Below are positions 47,082 through 56,121 of a DNA stretch of 64,000 nt, one piece after another. The stretch is taken from contig CAZLTC010000005.1 in assembly GCA_964562405.1 (NCBI GenBank), forward strand, positions 3,381-67,380. The letters are read 5' to 3'. Position numbers and translations under genes: made by a program. The notes under the pieces are model-generated. The model was not told the DNA's origin and did not search any database. It worked only from the letters and a program-made list of their open reading frames with translations. The DNA is from an uncultured bacterium (GTDB lineage Bacteria > Joyebacterota > Joyebacteria > Joyebacterales > Joyebacteraceae). Numbering within the stretch: position 1 is the stretch's first letter; every line of letters starts with the position of its first letter.

Positions 47082-48068
47082 ATGCCAGGTCGCAGATCAA
47101 AGGTTCTAGCATCCGCCAAGGTGAGCAACGCCTCCGGCCTCGCAACCGGCCGGGGGCGTGCGCACTTGAGGGACAACCTCGTCTCATACTCATTCCTGGC
47201 GCCGTTCCTCATCATATTCGCCGTCTTCCTGGCGTACCCTGTCTTCTACTCGCTCTACCTCGCTCTCCACAGGGTGCCGTCCGACTCGTTCGACATCTTC
47301 GGAGGGCTGGTCTTCGTCGGGTTCGACAACTTCGCGCGGCTGTTCGCCGACACGCGGTTCTGGTGGTCGGTCCTCATGACCCTCTATTACGCTGCGCTCA
47401 TCATACCCTCAGGCATCGCGGCGTCGCTCGTGCTGGCGCTTCTCTTGAACAACAGACTCAAGGCGGTCGCCGTCTACAGAAGCGCGTTCTTCATGCCCTA
47501 CGTTCTCGACATGCTCGTCGTGGGCATTGTCTGGACGCTCATCTACAGCCCGCACGTGGGCATTCTCGTGAGGATCCTCGAGAGCGTAGGCATCTCGACG
47601 TTCACGGAGAAGGGCTTCCTCGGGATGACCGCATCGGCTATGCCTTCCGTCGTTCTGGCCAACGTGCTCAAGGGCGCCGGCTTCGGCATGATCCTCTACC
47701 TGTCGGCCATACAGAACATCCCGAGGTCGCTATACGAAGCGGCTCAGATAGACGGTGCGACAGCCTGGCAGCAGTTCAGGAGCATCACGCTGCCGCTGGT
47801 CAAGCCCATCACCTTCTTCATGGTCATAATAGGCACCATCAGCGCGCTGAACGCCTTCGCGGAGGTTTACGCGATGACCAGCGGCGGGCCGAACGTTGAC
47901 GTGGGAGGCAAGGCGCTCGGGGCCACGTGGGTCACCGGCTACTACGTCTTCGACACGTTCTACAACCAGTTCAGGCTGGGCTATGCCGCGGCGATGTCGT
48001 ACGTTCTTCTTGCGCTGACACTCGTGATCACGCTCGTGAACAGGCGGTTCTTGAGCACCGAGGCATGA
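47082..48068 (+). CDS. Sugar ABC transporter permease (MalF/UgpA-like)
   Basis: 6 TM; EAA-type loop ...YLSAIQNIPRSLYEAAQIDGATAWQQFRSITLPLVKP is typical of carbohydrate uptake (CUT1) family permeases. Confidence 0.85.
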   Translation: MPGRRSKVLASAKVSNASGLATGRGRAHLRDNLVSYSFLAPFLIIFAVFLAYPVFYSLYLALHRVPSDSFDIFGGLVFVGFDNFARLFADTRFWWSVLMTLYYAALIIPSGIAASLVLALLLNNRLKAVAVYRSAFFMPYVLDMLVVGIVWTLIYSPHVGILVRILESVGISTFTEKGFLGMTASAMPSVVLANVLKGAGFGMILYLSAIQNIPRSLYEAAQIDGATAWQQFRSITLPLVKPITFFMVIIGTISALNAFAEVYAMTSGGPNVDVGGKALGATWVTGYYVFDTFYNQFRLGYAAAMSYVLLALTLVITLVNRRFLSTEA

Positions 48069-48077
48069 CGGCGCCGA

Positions 48078-48923
48078 ATGCGCCAGGAGACCGTGTTGAA
48101 CAGACGTGAAGTCAGCATCATCAGGAGGGTGATCCTCTATGTCGGCCTCACGGTTGCCGCCGCCGTCGTGCTGTTCCCGTTCTTCTGGATGGTCGTGACG
48201 GCCTTCAAGGAGCCGGGCCACGCCTTCACGACCGAGATCCTCCCTGCGCATCCCACGCTGGAGAACTTCCGGCGCGTCCTGTCGGAGTACGGCTTCGCCA
48301 AGTACTTCCTGAACAGCGTCATAGTGGCCACCACGGCCGCGGTCTTCGCGACCCTGTTCGCCACGCTCTCGGGTTACGTCTTCGCCAAGAAGCATTTCTG
48401 GGGAAAGGACCGGGTCTTCGGCTTCCTCCTGGCCTCGCTCATGATCCCGGGCATGATGTACGTGGTTCCTCAGTTCGCCATCATCAACAGACTCGGCTGG
48501 ATGAATACCTACCAGGCGATGATCGTGCCGCACCTGGCCAACGTATTCGGGCTGTTCCTCATGCGGCAGTACATGATGACCATTCCGTCCGAGCTTCTGG
48601 AGGCGGCCAAGATCGACGGGGCCGGAGAGTGGCAGGTCTTCAGGACGATAATGGTGCCTCTCTCGGTGCCGATCATCGCCACTCTGTTCCTGCTGACGTT
48701 CCAGTTCCACTGGAACAACTTCCTGTGGCAACTCATTGTGACGAACGTCGAGCGGCTCTACACCGTCCCGGTGGGCCTGGCGATGTTCAAGAGCGCCCAC
48801 GAGGAACTCTACACGCTCAAGATGGCGGGTTCCTGCATCTCAGTAATACCCATAGCCATCCTCTTCTTCTTTGCGCAGCGCTACTTCATAGAGGGCATGA
48901 CGATGGGTGCCGTCAAAGGTTGA
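48078..48923 (+). CDS. Sugar ABC transporter permease (MalG/UgpE-like)
   Basis: ...LMRQYMMTIPSELLEAAKIDGAGEWQVFRTIMVPLSVP is the EAA motif region of MalG-like permeases. 9 nt after the first permease. Confidence 0.85.
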   Translation: MRQETVLNRREVSIIRRVILYVGLTVAAAVVLFPFFWMVVTAFKEPGHAFTTEILPAHPTLENFRRVLSEYGFAKYFLNSVIVATTAAVFATLFATLSGYVFAKKHFWGKDRVFGFLLASLMIPGMMYVVPQFAIINRLGWMNTYQAMIVPHLANVFGLFLMRQYMMTIPSELLEAAKIDGAGEWQVFRTIMVPLSVPIIATLFLLTFQFHWNNFLWQLIVTNVERLYTVPVGLAMFKSAHEELYTLKMAGSCISVIPIAILFFFAQRYFIEGMTMGAVKG

Positions 48924-48975
48924 TCCATACCGGCGTATCGGTTTCTGAGAGCGCTGACACGAAGGGAGTGTCTTC

Positions 48976-50208
48976 ATGAGAAGGACCGTGATCTGGTTGG
49001 CCGCGGTGGCCGTAGCAGCGGGCCTCGTGGGCGGCTGCGGTGGAGGCAGCGAGCAGGCCACCCTTACCATCTGGCAGACCTACAATGACGAGGAGCATCC
49101 TGTCTTCAAGGAGATCGTCGCACAGTTCGAGGCCGCGCATCCGGGTGTGACGATAGACGTCATTCGTCTGCCGTTCGCGGGTGCCGAACCCAAGATCATG
49201 ACCGCGCTTACGACGAGGACCGAGCCCGACATCGCCAGGGTCGACGTGTCGTTCCTTGCGAAGCTCGCCCACAAGAACGCTCTCCTGGCGCTCGACGAGC
49301 TTGTTCCACAGCCGTTCCTCGGCGACATCCTCCCCGTGGCGCTGGCGAGCTGCCGCTATCGCGGCCAGCTCTGGGGTCTGCCTGACCAGACCAACGGGTT
49401 GTGCCTCTTCTACAATAAGGAGATGTTCCGCGCGGCGGGGCTCGACCCTGAGACGCCGCCCGGGACCTGGGATGAGCTGATCGCCGACGGTAAGAAGCTG
49501 ACGAAGCGCGACAAAGGCGTGTTCGGGCTGGGGCTTTCCAACTCGCTCTGGTGGTCGCTCCCGTTCTTCTACACATATGGAGCGGACCTGCTCTCCGAGG
49601 ACGGAAAGCACTGCCTGCTGAACAGCCCCGAGGGCATCGCCGCGTTCCAACTCAAGGTCGATATGTGCCAGAAGTACGGGATCGAGGGTGGCGCGTGGCG
49701 GGCCGGAGGCATCGTGCACGACCTGGGCTTCCAGAACGGTCGCTACGCGATGATCCTGAACGGGCCCTGGGCGGTGGAGAGCCTCAAGCAGACCGGCATC
49801 GACTTCGGCGTTGCCCCGATCCCGGCCGGCCCGGCCGGTTCCCACACGAACGTCGGCGGCAACGACCTGGTCGTGTTCAGGAGCACCAAACATCCAGACC
49901 TGGCCGCGCAGTTCCTGATGTACGTGGCAAGCGAGGACGTGCAGCGGATGTGGGCCGAGAGGCTGGGACAGATCCCCGTCAACATGAAGGCCTCGGACGT
50001 CATCACGTCAGAGGAGAGGCCTCACCTGGCCGTCTTCGTCGACGTGATGAAGACCGCGATCCCACGTCCGCAGACTCCTTACTATCCCGAGATGGAGAAT
50101 CTCATGAACCCCGAGATGCAGGCGGCCCTCGACAACACCAAGAGCGTCAAAGACGCTCTCGACTCGGCCGCCTCCGAGATAGACAAGCTACTGGCGGAGG
50201 ACAACTGA
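48976..50208 (+). CDS. Extracellular solute-binding lipoprotein (SBP family 1, maltodextrin/oligosaccharide-type) of the ABC transporter
   Basis: Lipobox AAGLVGGCGGG. ...TIWQTYNDEE...PDIARVDVSF...GLPDQTNGLCLFYNKEMF...WDEL is an SBP_bac_1 pattern. No ATPase gene in the cluster. Confidence 0.8.
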   Translation: MRRTVIWLAAVAVAAGLVGGCGGGSEQATLTIWQTYNDEEHPVFKEIVAQFEAAHPGVTIDVIRLPFAGAEPKIMTALTTRTEPDIARVDVSFLAKLAHKNALLALDELVPQPFLGDILPVALASCRYRGQLWGLPDQTNGLCLFYNKEMFRAAGLDPETPPGTWDELIADGKKLTKRDKGVFGLGLSNSLWWSLPFFYTYGADLLSEDGKHCLLNSPEGIAAFQLKVDMCQKYGIEGGAWRAGGIVHDLGFQNGRYAMILNGPWAVESLKQTGIDFGVAPIPAGPAGSHTNVGGNDLVVFRSTKHPDLAAQFLMYVASEDVQRMWAERLGQIPVNMKASDVITSEERPHLAVFVDVMKTAIPRPQTPYYPEMENLMNPEMQAALDNTKSVKDALDSAASEIDKLLAEDN

Positions 50209-50255
50209 CGGCGGGAAGCGCTCGCCGCAGGTCCCCGTCAGGTGGAGGGCACAGC

Positions 50256-51032
50256 ATGAAACGCTCGTATCTGATCCTCGTTTGCGCGGCCGTCGCGCTC
50301 TTCGTCGCGCAGGCGGGAGCCGAGACGCTGGCGACTTGGGTCGATCCCGAGGGCGACGATACAGGGGACGGCGACTACACGTATCCGACCAATCCGGCGT
50401 TCGGTGAAGGCGGAGAGGCCGACATACTCGAGTTCAGCATAGACAAGGACAACGGCGACCTGATCTTCACGTTCAAGATGCGGAATCTCGTCGACCCGTG
50501 GGGAGCCGGAAACCGGCTGACGATGCTCGCCGTGGCGATAGACACACAGGAGGGAGGCGACGCGGAGCTCCGCAGGAACGCCAACGCGATGCTCGATCAT
50601 CCCTCGGAGTATCAGGTGTTCGCCGGTGGCGAGACGGTTCAGGTGATCGATTCCGAATCGGAGGTCGTAGACATCGGAGCGTCGGTCGAGACCGACGTTG
50701 ACAACAACACTATCCGGATCTTGATCCCGATCGCCAAGATCGACGGCGGGGCGTCCGATTGGCGATTCACCGTCGCGGCCGGGCTGCAGGACGACTACGG
50801 ATCCGGCGGTCTTGGGGACTTCAGAGACGTGAAGGAGAAAGCGGAGGAGTGGCGTGGCGGCGGTGGCAACGACCTATCCATCAATCCCAACATCTACGAC
50901 ATCGTCCTGCCTGTACCGCGGAAGATCCTCGGGCTCTTCGGTGGCGGCGGCAGGACCCAGCAGGAGATTCTGGGGGACTACAGCCTGGACGACGGCCGGA
51001 TGGTGGTTCTGCCGGCGCTCGAGATAGAGTAG
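50256..51032 (+). CDS. Secreted stand-alone glucodextranase-C-like domain protein (258 aa)
   Basis: True start is inside listed ORF 49551..51032, whose first 235 aa are out-of-frame read-through of the SBP gene. ATG 50256 after GGTGGAGGG; signal peptide MKRSYLILVCAAVALFVAQAGA. WVDPEGDDTGDGDYTYPTNPAFGEGGEADILEFSI...IRILIP... is similar to the domain at residues about 1120-1400 of the giant protein. Confidence 0.6.
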   Translation: MKRSYLILVCAAVALFVAQAGAETLATWVDPEGDDTGDGDYTYPTNPAFGEGGEADILEFSIDKDNGDLIFTFKMRNLVDPWGAGNRLTMLAVAIDTQEGGDAELRRNANAMLDHPSEYQVFAGGETVQVIDSESEVVDIGASVETDVDNNTIRILIPIAKIDGGASDWRFTVAAGLQDDYGSGGLGDFRDVKEKAEEWRGGGGNDLSINPNIYDIVLPVPRKILGLFGGGGRTQQEILGDYSLDDGRMVVLPALEIE

Positions 51033-51166
51033 CGGACTTGCCGGCGCGCGCATGAAGGCCGGCGTTCGCCTTGCAGGCGTGGAACGGGGGCGGCCCGGAT
51101 GCCGCCCGGCGGGGCGACCGCCGGGCGTGATCTGGCTACGTATCTACAGCCACGGGGAGGATTCGA

Positions 51167-53608
51167 ATGTCACGCGGGATGTTCCTTCTTGCCGCGATCC
51201 TGATGGCCGCGCCCATGGCGGCCCACGCGGTCGACGGCGCCGCTCCCACGGCGGTCGACGGGGGAGTCGAGTTCTCCTTCTACGCACCCGACGCCCGTAC
51301 GGTCAACCTGGCAGGCGAGTTCAACGGCTGGGATCCAGCCGCCACACCCATGACCGACAAGAACGGAGACGGAGTGTGGACGGTCGTGATCCCTCTCCAG
51401 ACGGGCAGGTCGTACGAATACAAGTTCGTGCTGAACGGCGGCGAGTCCTGGAAGGAGGACCCGAACAACCCGGACACCGTCGATGACAACCACGGCGGCG
51501 TGAACACCGTGGTGTCCGTCAATGACGAGGGCAAGGTGATCCTGGGCTATCTCGATGGCGGGGCCAAGGTGTTCGAACCCATCGTGGGGGACCTCCCGTC
51601 CGATGGAACGCCGATCGACGTGGCCATCATCTGGCATCAGCACCAGCCCAAGTATCTGCGCGACCTCAAGACCGGGGAGTACGACGAGCCATGGGTCAGG
51701 ATGCACTCGATCAAGGACTACTACGACATGGTCGCGATCCTCGACGACTACCCGCAGATCCACTTCACGGTCAACCTGACACCCGTGCTCCTCATGCAGA
51801 TGCAGGACATCATCGACGGATACAAGAGTGGTGGGGGCACCGATCGCTACATGCGCGCTACGCTGCAGAGCGCCGCTACGCTCACGACGGAGGACAAGCT
51901 CTTCCTGCTCACGCACTTCTTCAGCGCGCAATGGGACAACATGATCGAGGTGTGGCCGCGCTACTCCGAACTGAAGGCGAAGAAGGGTGGCGACAGCAGA
52001 GAACAGCTGCTGGCCAGCGCGGCTACGTTCAGTGAGCAGGACTGGCGCGACCTGCAGGCGTGGTTCAACCTGGCGTGGTTCGATCCGGACTTCCAGGAGG
52101 GCGACGTCACGCTGCCCGACGGCAGGGTCGTGACGGTCAAGAACTTCATCCAGAAGGGGCGTGGTTTCACCGAGGAGGACAAGCGCAAGATCATCGATAT
52201 CCAGATGGCGATAATGGAGAACGTCGTGGAGAAGCACCGCGAGCTGCAGAACCGCGGGCAGCTCGAGGTCATCACGACGCCCTTCTACCATCCGATACTT
52301 CCTCTTATCTACGACACCGATCTGGCGCGCATAGCCTCTCCGGGTCTTTCGCTTCCGGCTCACAGGTTTCACCGTCCCGAGGACGCCGCCTACCACGCGC
52401 GCGCCGCGGTCGACATGTACGAGCGACTCTTCGGCAGGAAGCCGTCCGGCATGTGGCCGGCCGAGGGCGCGGTGGCACAGGAGATCGTGCCGGTCGTGGC
52501 GGACGCGGGCTTCAGGTGGATGGCATCGGACGACCAGATCCTTGAGCATTCGCTCGAAGGCTCCGTATCCCCCGACAAGCGCTATCAGATGTACTGGGCC
52601 AGGGAGGGCGAGAAGTCCGTGGCGATGATCTTCAGGGACCACAGGCTGTCCGACGACATAGGCTTCAACTTCGGCAAGATGGACGGCGTGCAGGCCGCGA
52701 ACTCGATGATGCGTAGCCTTAGCTCGATACAGCGGCAGTTTCAGAGCGGTGACGGCAGCAACGTCGTCCCCATCATCCTCGATGGAGAGAACGCCTGGGA
52801 GTGGTACAAGCACGACGGCAAGGAGTTCTTTCACTCGTGGTACGACCAGATGAGCAAGGCGTCGTGGATCCACACGGTGACCGTCAACGAGCATCTGGAC
52901 GCTCACGAACCCACGGGGACGCTCTCGCGGCTCTATGCCGGTTCGTGGATAGGGCACAGCTTCGACACCTGGATAGGGGAGCCCGAGGAGAACCAGGCCT
53001 GGGATTACCTCGCACGCGCGCGTGCCGACATGGACAGCTTCGCGCAGGCCGGCGGATACGGCGCGGAGGATCTCAAGCGGGCGATGGACGAGATCTATGC
53101 GGCCGAGGGGAGCGACTGGTTCTGGTGGTACGGCGACGACCAGACCTCGCCACTGGAGGGCTCGTTCGACGAGATCTTCCGAGGGACGCTGTCAAACGCT
53201 TACACGATCCTCGGGGAAGAGCCGCCTTCGTTCCTGTCGGTGAGCATTCTGCGCGGAAGCGCCGCCTCCTCCGGGGGAGGCGTGATGGCGCGGGCGGCGG
53301 ACGCATCTGAAGCGACACTCCTGGCCGGTCCCGTGAAGCTCCCCGATGGTTATCTCTTCAGCATCAAGCGGCCGGACGCGTCGAGCGTCAACGTCGCGGG
53401 CAGCTTCAACGGATGGAGCACCGACGCTGCACCGATGAGCGACGATGACGGCGATGGCGTGTGGACGGCGGTGCTGGCCATCGAGCCCGGGACCTACGAG
53501 TACAAGTTCGCAATTGACGGAGGCACCGTCTGGGTGGCCGACGAGGGCAACCCGGACAGCGTTCCCGATCCGTACGGCGGCGCGAACTCCGTTCTTGTGG
53601 CAAAGTGA
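51167..53608 (+). CDS. Secreted glycoside hydrolase family 57 enzyme (alpha-amylase/amylopullulanase/branching-enzyme class) flanked by N- and C-terminal CBM48 domains
   Basis: Signal peptide MSRGMFLLAAILMAAPMAAHA. CBM48 FSFYAPDARTVNLAGEFNGWDPAATPMTDKNGDGVWTVVIPLQTGRSYEYKFVLNGGESWKEDPNNP. GH57 signature IIWHQHQPKYL...EPWVRMHSIKDYYDMV...FTVNLTPVLL...TTPFYHPILPL. C-terminal CBM48 FSIKRPDASSVNVAGSFNGWSTDAAPMSDDDGDGVWTAVLAIEPGTYEYKFAIDGGTVWVADEGNP. Confidence 0.85.
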   Translation: MSRGMFLLAAILMAAPMAAHAVDGAAPTAVDGGVEFSFYAPDARTVNLAGEFNGWDPAATPMTDKNGDGVWTVVIPLQTGRSYEYKFVLNGGESWKEDPNNPDTVDDNHGGVNTVVSVNDEGKVILGYLDGGAKVFEPIVGDLPSDGTPIDVAIIWHQHQPKYLRDLKTGEYDEPWVRMHSIKDYYDMVAILDDYPQIHFTVNLTPVLLMQMQDIIDGYKSGGGTDRYMRATLQSAATLTTEDKLFLLTHFFSAQWDNMIEVWPRYSELKAKKGGDSREQLLASAATFSEQDWRDLQAWFNLAWFDPDFQEGDVTLPDGRVVTVKNFIQKGRGFTEEDKRKIIDIQMAIMENVVEKHRELQNRGQLEVITTPFYHPILPLIYDTDLARIASPGLSLPAHRFHRPEDAAYHARAAVDMYERLFGRKPSGMWPAEGAVAQEIVPVVADAGFRWMASDDQILEHSLEGSVSPDKRYQMYWAREGEKSVAMIFRDHRLSDDIGFNFGKMDGVQAANSMMRSLSSIQRQFQSGDGSNVVPIILDGENAWEWYKHDGKEFFHSWYDQMSKASWIHTVTVNEHLDAHEPTGTLSRLYAGSWIGHSFDTWIGEPEENQAWDYLARARADMDSFAQAGGYGAEDLKRAMDEIYAAEGSDWFWWYGDDQTSPLEGSFDEIFRGTLSNAYTILGEEPPSFLSVSILRGSAASSGGGVMARAADASEATLLAGPVKLPDGYLFSIKRPDASSVNVAGSFNGWSTDAAPMSDDDGDGVWTAVLAIEPGTYEYKFAIDGGTVWVADEGNPDSVPDPYGGANSVLVAK

Positions 53609-53730
53609 GCTCGAGATTGAGGCGTCACCTTCGGCCGTAGACGAGATGGACGGAGCGACCTTGGCAGCAGCGTGCTGCGTGTCAACGAAGTGAACGTGGA
53701 GACGGCGCGAGGCGGCGCCGTAAGGCGCGA

Positions 53731-56121
53731 ATGAGCATGGACAAGAAGTTGCAGAATCCCTGTCGGATCGAGATAGGTGACCGGACCGGAGAGGAGCCCG
53801 GCCACGGTCTTCCCGCCGTCGGGAAGCGCCGCGGTTTCCAGATCGTCGTCGGCCGCCACGGGTCGCGCGAGTACATCCTGACGAACAAGGAGCGGGCCTA
53901 CTTCGCCGGCGAGACCGGTACGACGAACACCCGCAGCTACGAAGGTCTGATCGTCGACCTGCACAAGTTTCTCGAAGGATGGGATCTGATGCTCGGCGAC
54001 CGACTTCTGTCGTCGTGGGGCGTCAAGAGCGCGTGCGTGCTTCCCCAGAGCATGACCCGGGAGCACATAGTCGAACGGACCACCGAGACGGTCTTCCTCG
54101 CCGATCGCCTCAATCTGCTCATTCTGACCTACAGCACGAGTTATCGGGGCCGCGCTGCATTCGTGCCGCGCATCGACATTCGCAGCATCTGGGAGGAGCG
54201 CCGCCCCGAGTACGACGTCCACTGGGATGAGGACCGCGGGGTTCTCGCTCTGCGCCGGAGCGACCACGGCGAACGCGGGGAGGGTGCCGACTATCCGGTG
54301 TGGGTCGCGGTGGCGTGTGATCGTCCGGTCGTGTTCATACCTGAACCCGGCTACCGGCAGACGACGTACACAAAGGATGCCGCTCGACGGGCGATGGGCT
54401 CGGCCCAGCCGTATGCGCCCGGCCGGCTGGAGTTCAGATTCGAAGGGGACGACCAATTCGCCTCGGGCGCCACGTTCAGCGTCGCCGTGGGGGACGATCT
54501 CGAGGCGACCACGGCGCTGGCGCTCAAGGGAATAGCGGAGGAGTTCTCGCTATATGATCTGAAGATGCGTCGCGTTTCCGATGCGATGGAAAACATGAGC
54601 GTGGCCGCGTACGACCGTGACTACAAGTACTCCCTCATGTGGGCCGCCGCGTCCGTCGATGGCCTGATCATGAACCAGCTCGGGAGAGGTATCTTTGCCG
54701 GCCTGCACTGGTTCCCCAACTACTGGGGCCGGGACACGTTCATAAGTCTCCCCGGCGCGTGCCTGGTGAGGGGCGAGTTCGAGACGGCGAGAGAGATACT
54801 CGAGACGTTCGCGTCCATGCAGGAGCGGGACGATGAGAGTCCGTTCCTCGGACGCATACCGAACCTCGCCATGCCGGGGGAGAAGCACTACAACACCGCG
54901 GATGGGACATGGTGGTTCGTGAGGGAGGTCTACGAGTACCTCCGATACTCGGGCGATCTCGAGTTCGCCCGGAGCATTCTCGGCTGCGTCGAGAGAGCCA
55001 TAGAAGGGGCGGTCAGTAAGCGCGTGGGCGACGACATGCTCGTGAGACACGGACAGGCCGAGACGTGGATGGACGCCGGCGGCGAGGCGAGTCCGCACTC
55101 ACCCAGAGGCGACCGGGCGGTCGAGGTGGAGGCGCTGTGGTACACGGCGCTCCGCGCCGGTGCGGGCGTGGCGGCCGCGGCCGGCAGAAGAAAGTTGGCC
55201 GGGGAGTGGAACAAGATGGCCGACGCCGTCAGGGATTCGTTCCGGCGCCTGTTCTGGGATGAGCGACGGGGCCGGTTGTACGACCACATCGACCCGGACG
55301 GTGCTCCGGACGAGAGGCTGAGGCCTAACCAGCTCTTCGCGATCACCGTTCCGTGGGACGACCTGCTACCTGAGGCGCAGCGCGAGGAGGTCGTCCGGCT
55401 CGTCAGGGAGACGTGCGTGCTCCCGCACGGCGTGGCCTCCCTGGCTCCTAGCGACCCATACTTCCATCCGCGGCACCTCGATCTGGACAGGTACCACTTC
55501 GACGAGGCCTATCACAACGGAGACGTCTGGGTGTGGCTCACCGGTCCGGCCGTCTCGGCCTACCTGCGGCAGGGGCTCGTCGGCCCGGCGTGGGAGCAGA
55601 CGAAGGTGCTCACCGACCTCATGTACGAGGAGGGCGCGGCCGGGACGCTTCCGGAACTCCGCAACGGCGTTCCTCCGGAGGGCGGGGAGAACGTCGCAGG
55701 CGCGGTGTCTCAGGCGTGGAGCCTTGCCGAGTACCTGCGCAACTTCTACCAGGACTACCTCGGTATCGTGCCCGACGTGATGAGCGGCACGCTTCACTTC
55801 AGGCCCGTTCTGCCGAAGGCTCTGTCGTGGGTAACGGCCCGCGCCCGTGTCGGCGGCGGGTGCCTGTCGGTCTTCTGCCGAACGGAGGAAGACGGAAGCG
55901 CCGGGCGGTTTGTTGTTCTGTCGGATCACGGGGCGCCGGCCCTCAACGTGGTCTTCGAGACGCTCGTTCCGCTCACCGACGACGTTCGGACGGAGGCGGT
56001 GAGCGCGACGGCATCGCTCGAGCCCGGCAGCGGCCTCTCGTTCGAGGTCGCGCGAAGCGGGGACGAGTGGTTCGTCGTCGTGTCCCCCGCCAGTCCTGAG
56101 GCGGAGAGCGACGCGCCTTGA
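53731..56121 (+). CDS. Glycogen debranching enzyme (amylo-alpha-1,6-glucosidase, GDE_C/GH133-like, archaeal-bacterial type), cytoplasmic
   Basis: No signal peptide. ...GIFAGLHWFPNYWGRDTFISLPGACLVRGEFETAREIL... and ...AETWMDAGGE...RAVEVEALWY...PNQLFAI...NGDVWVWLTGP are characteristic of the (alpha/alpha)6 GDE_C domain. Confidence 0.8.
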   Translation: MSMDKKLQNPCRIEIGDRTGEEPGHGLPAVGKRRGFQIVVGRHGSREYILTNKERAYFAGETGTTNTRSYEGLIVDLHKFLEGWDLMLGDRLLSSWGVKSACVLPQSMTREHIVERTTETVFLADRLNLLILTYSTSYRGRAAFVPRIDIRSIWEERRPEYDVHWDEDRGVLALRRSDHGERGEGADYPVWVAVACDRPVVFIPEPGYRQTTYTKDAARRAMGSAQPYAPGRLEFRFEGDDQFASGATFSVAVGDDLEATTALALKGIAEEFSLYDLKMRRVSDAMENMSVAAYDRDYKYSLMWAAASVDGLIMNQLGRGIFAGLHWFPNYWGRDTFISLPGACLVRGEFETAREILETFASMQERDDESPFLGRIPNLAMPGEKHYNTADGTWWFVREVYEYLRYSGDLEFARSILGCVERAIEGAVSKRVGDDMLVRHGQAETWMDAGGEASPHSPRGDRAVEVEALWYTALRAGAGVAAAAGRRKLAGEWNKMADAVRDSFRRLFWDERRGRLYDHIDPDGAPDERLRPNQLFAITVPWDDLLPEAQREEVVRLVRETCVLPHGVASLAPSDPYFHPRHLDLDRYHFDEAYHNGDVWVWLTGPAVSAYLRQGLVGPAWEQTKVLTDLMYEEGAAGTLPELRNGVPPEGGENVAGAVSQAWSLAEYLRNFYQDYLGIVPDVMSGTLHFRPVLPKALSWVTARARVGGGCLSVFCRTEEDGSAGRFVVLSDHGAPALNVVFETLVPLTDDVRTEAVSATASLEPGSGLSFEVARSGDEWFVVVSPASPEAESDAP

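Noticed and set aside
49551-50255. N-terminal 235 aa of listed ORF 49551..51032
   Set aside because: Out-of-frame overlap with the solute-binding protein gene (Arg/Gly-rich nonsense). The real gene starts at ATG 50256, which has an RBS and a signal peptide.
51170-52957. 595-aa minus-strand ORF inside the GH57 gene
   Set aside because: Antisense artifact. The plus strand carries the GH57 signature WHQHQP...HSIKDYYDM.
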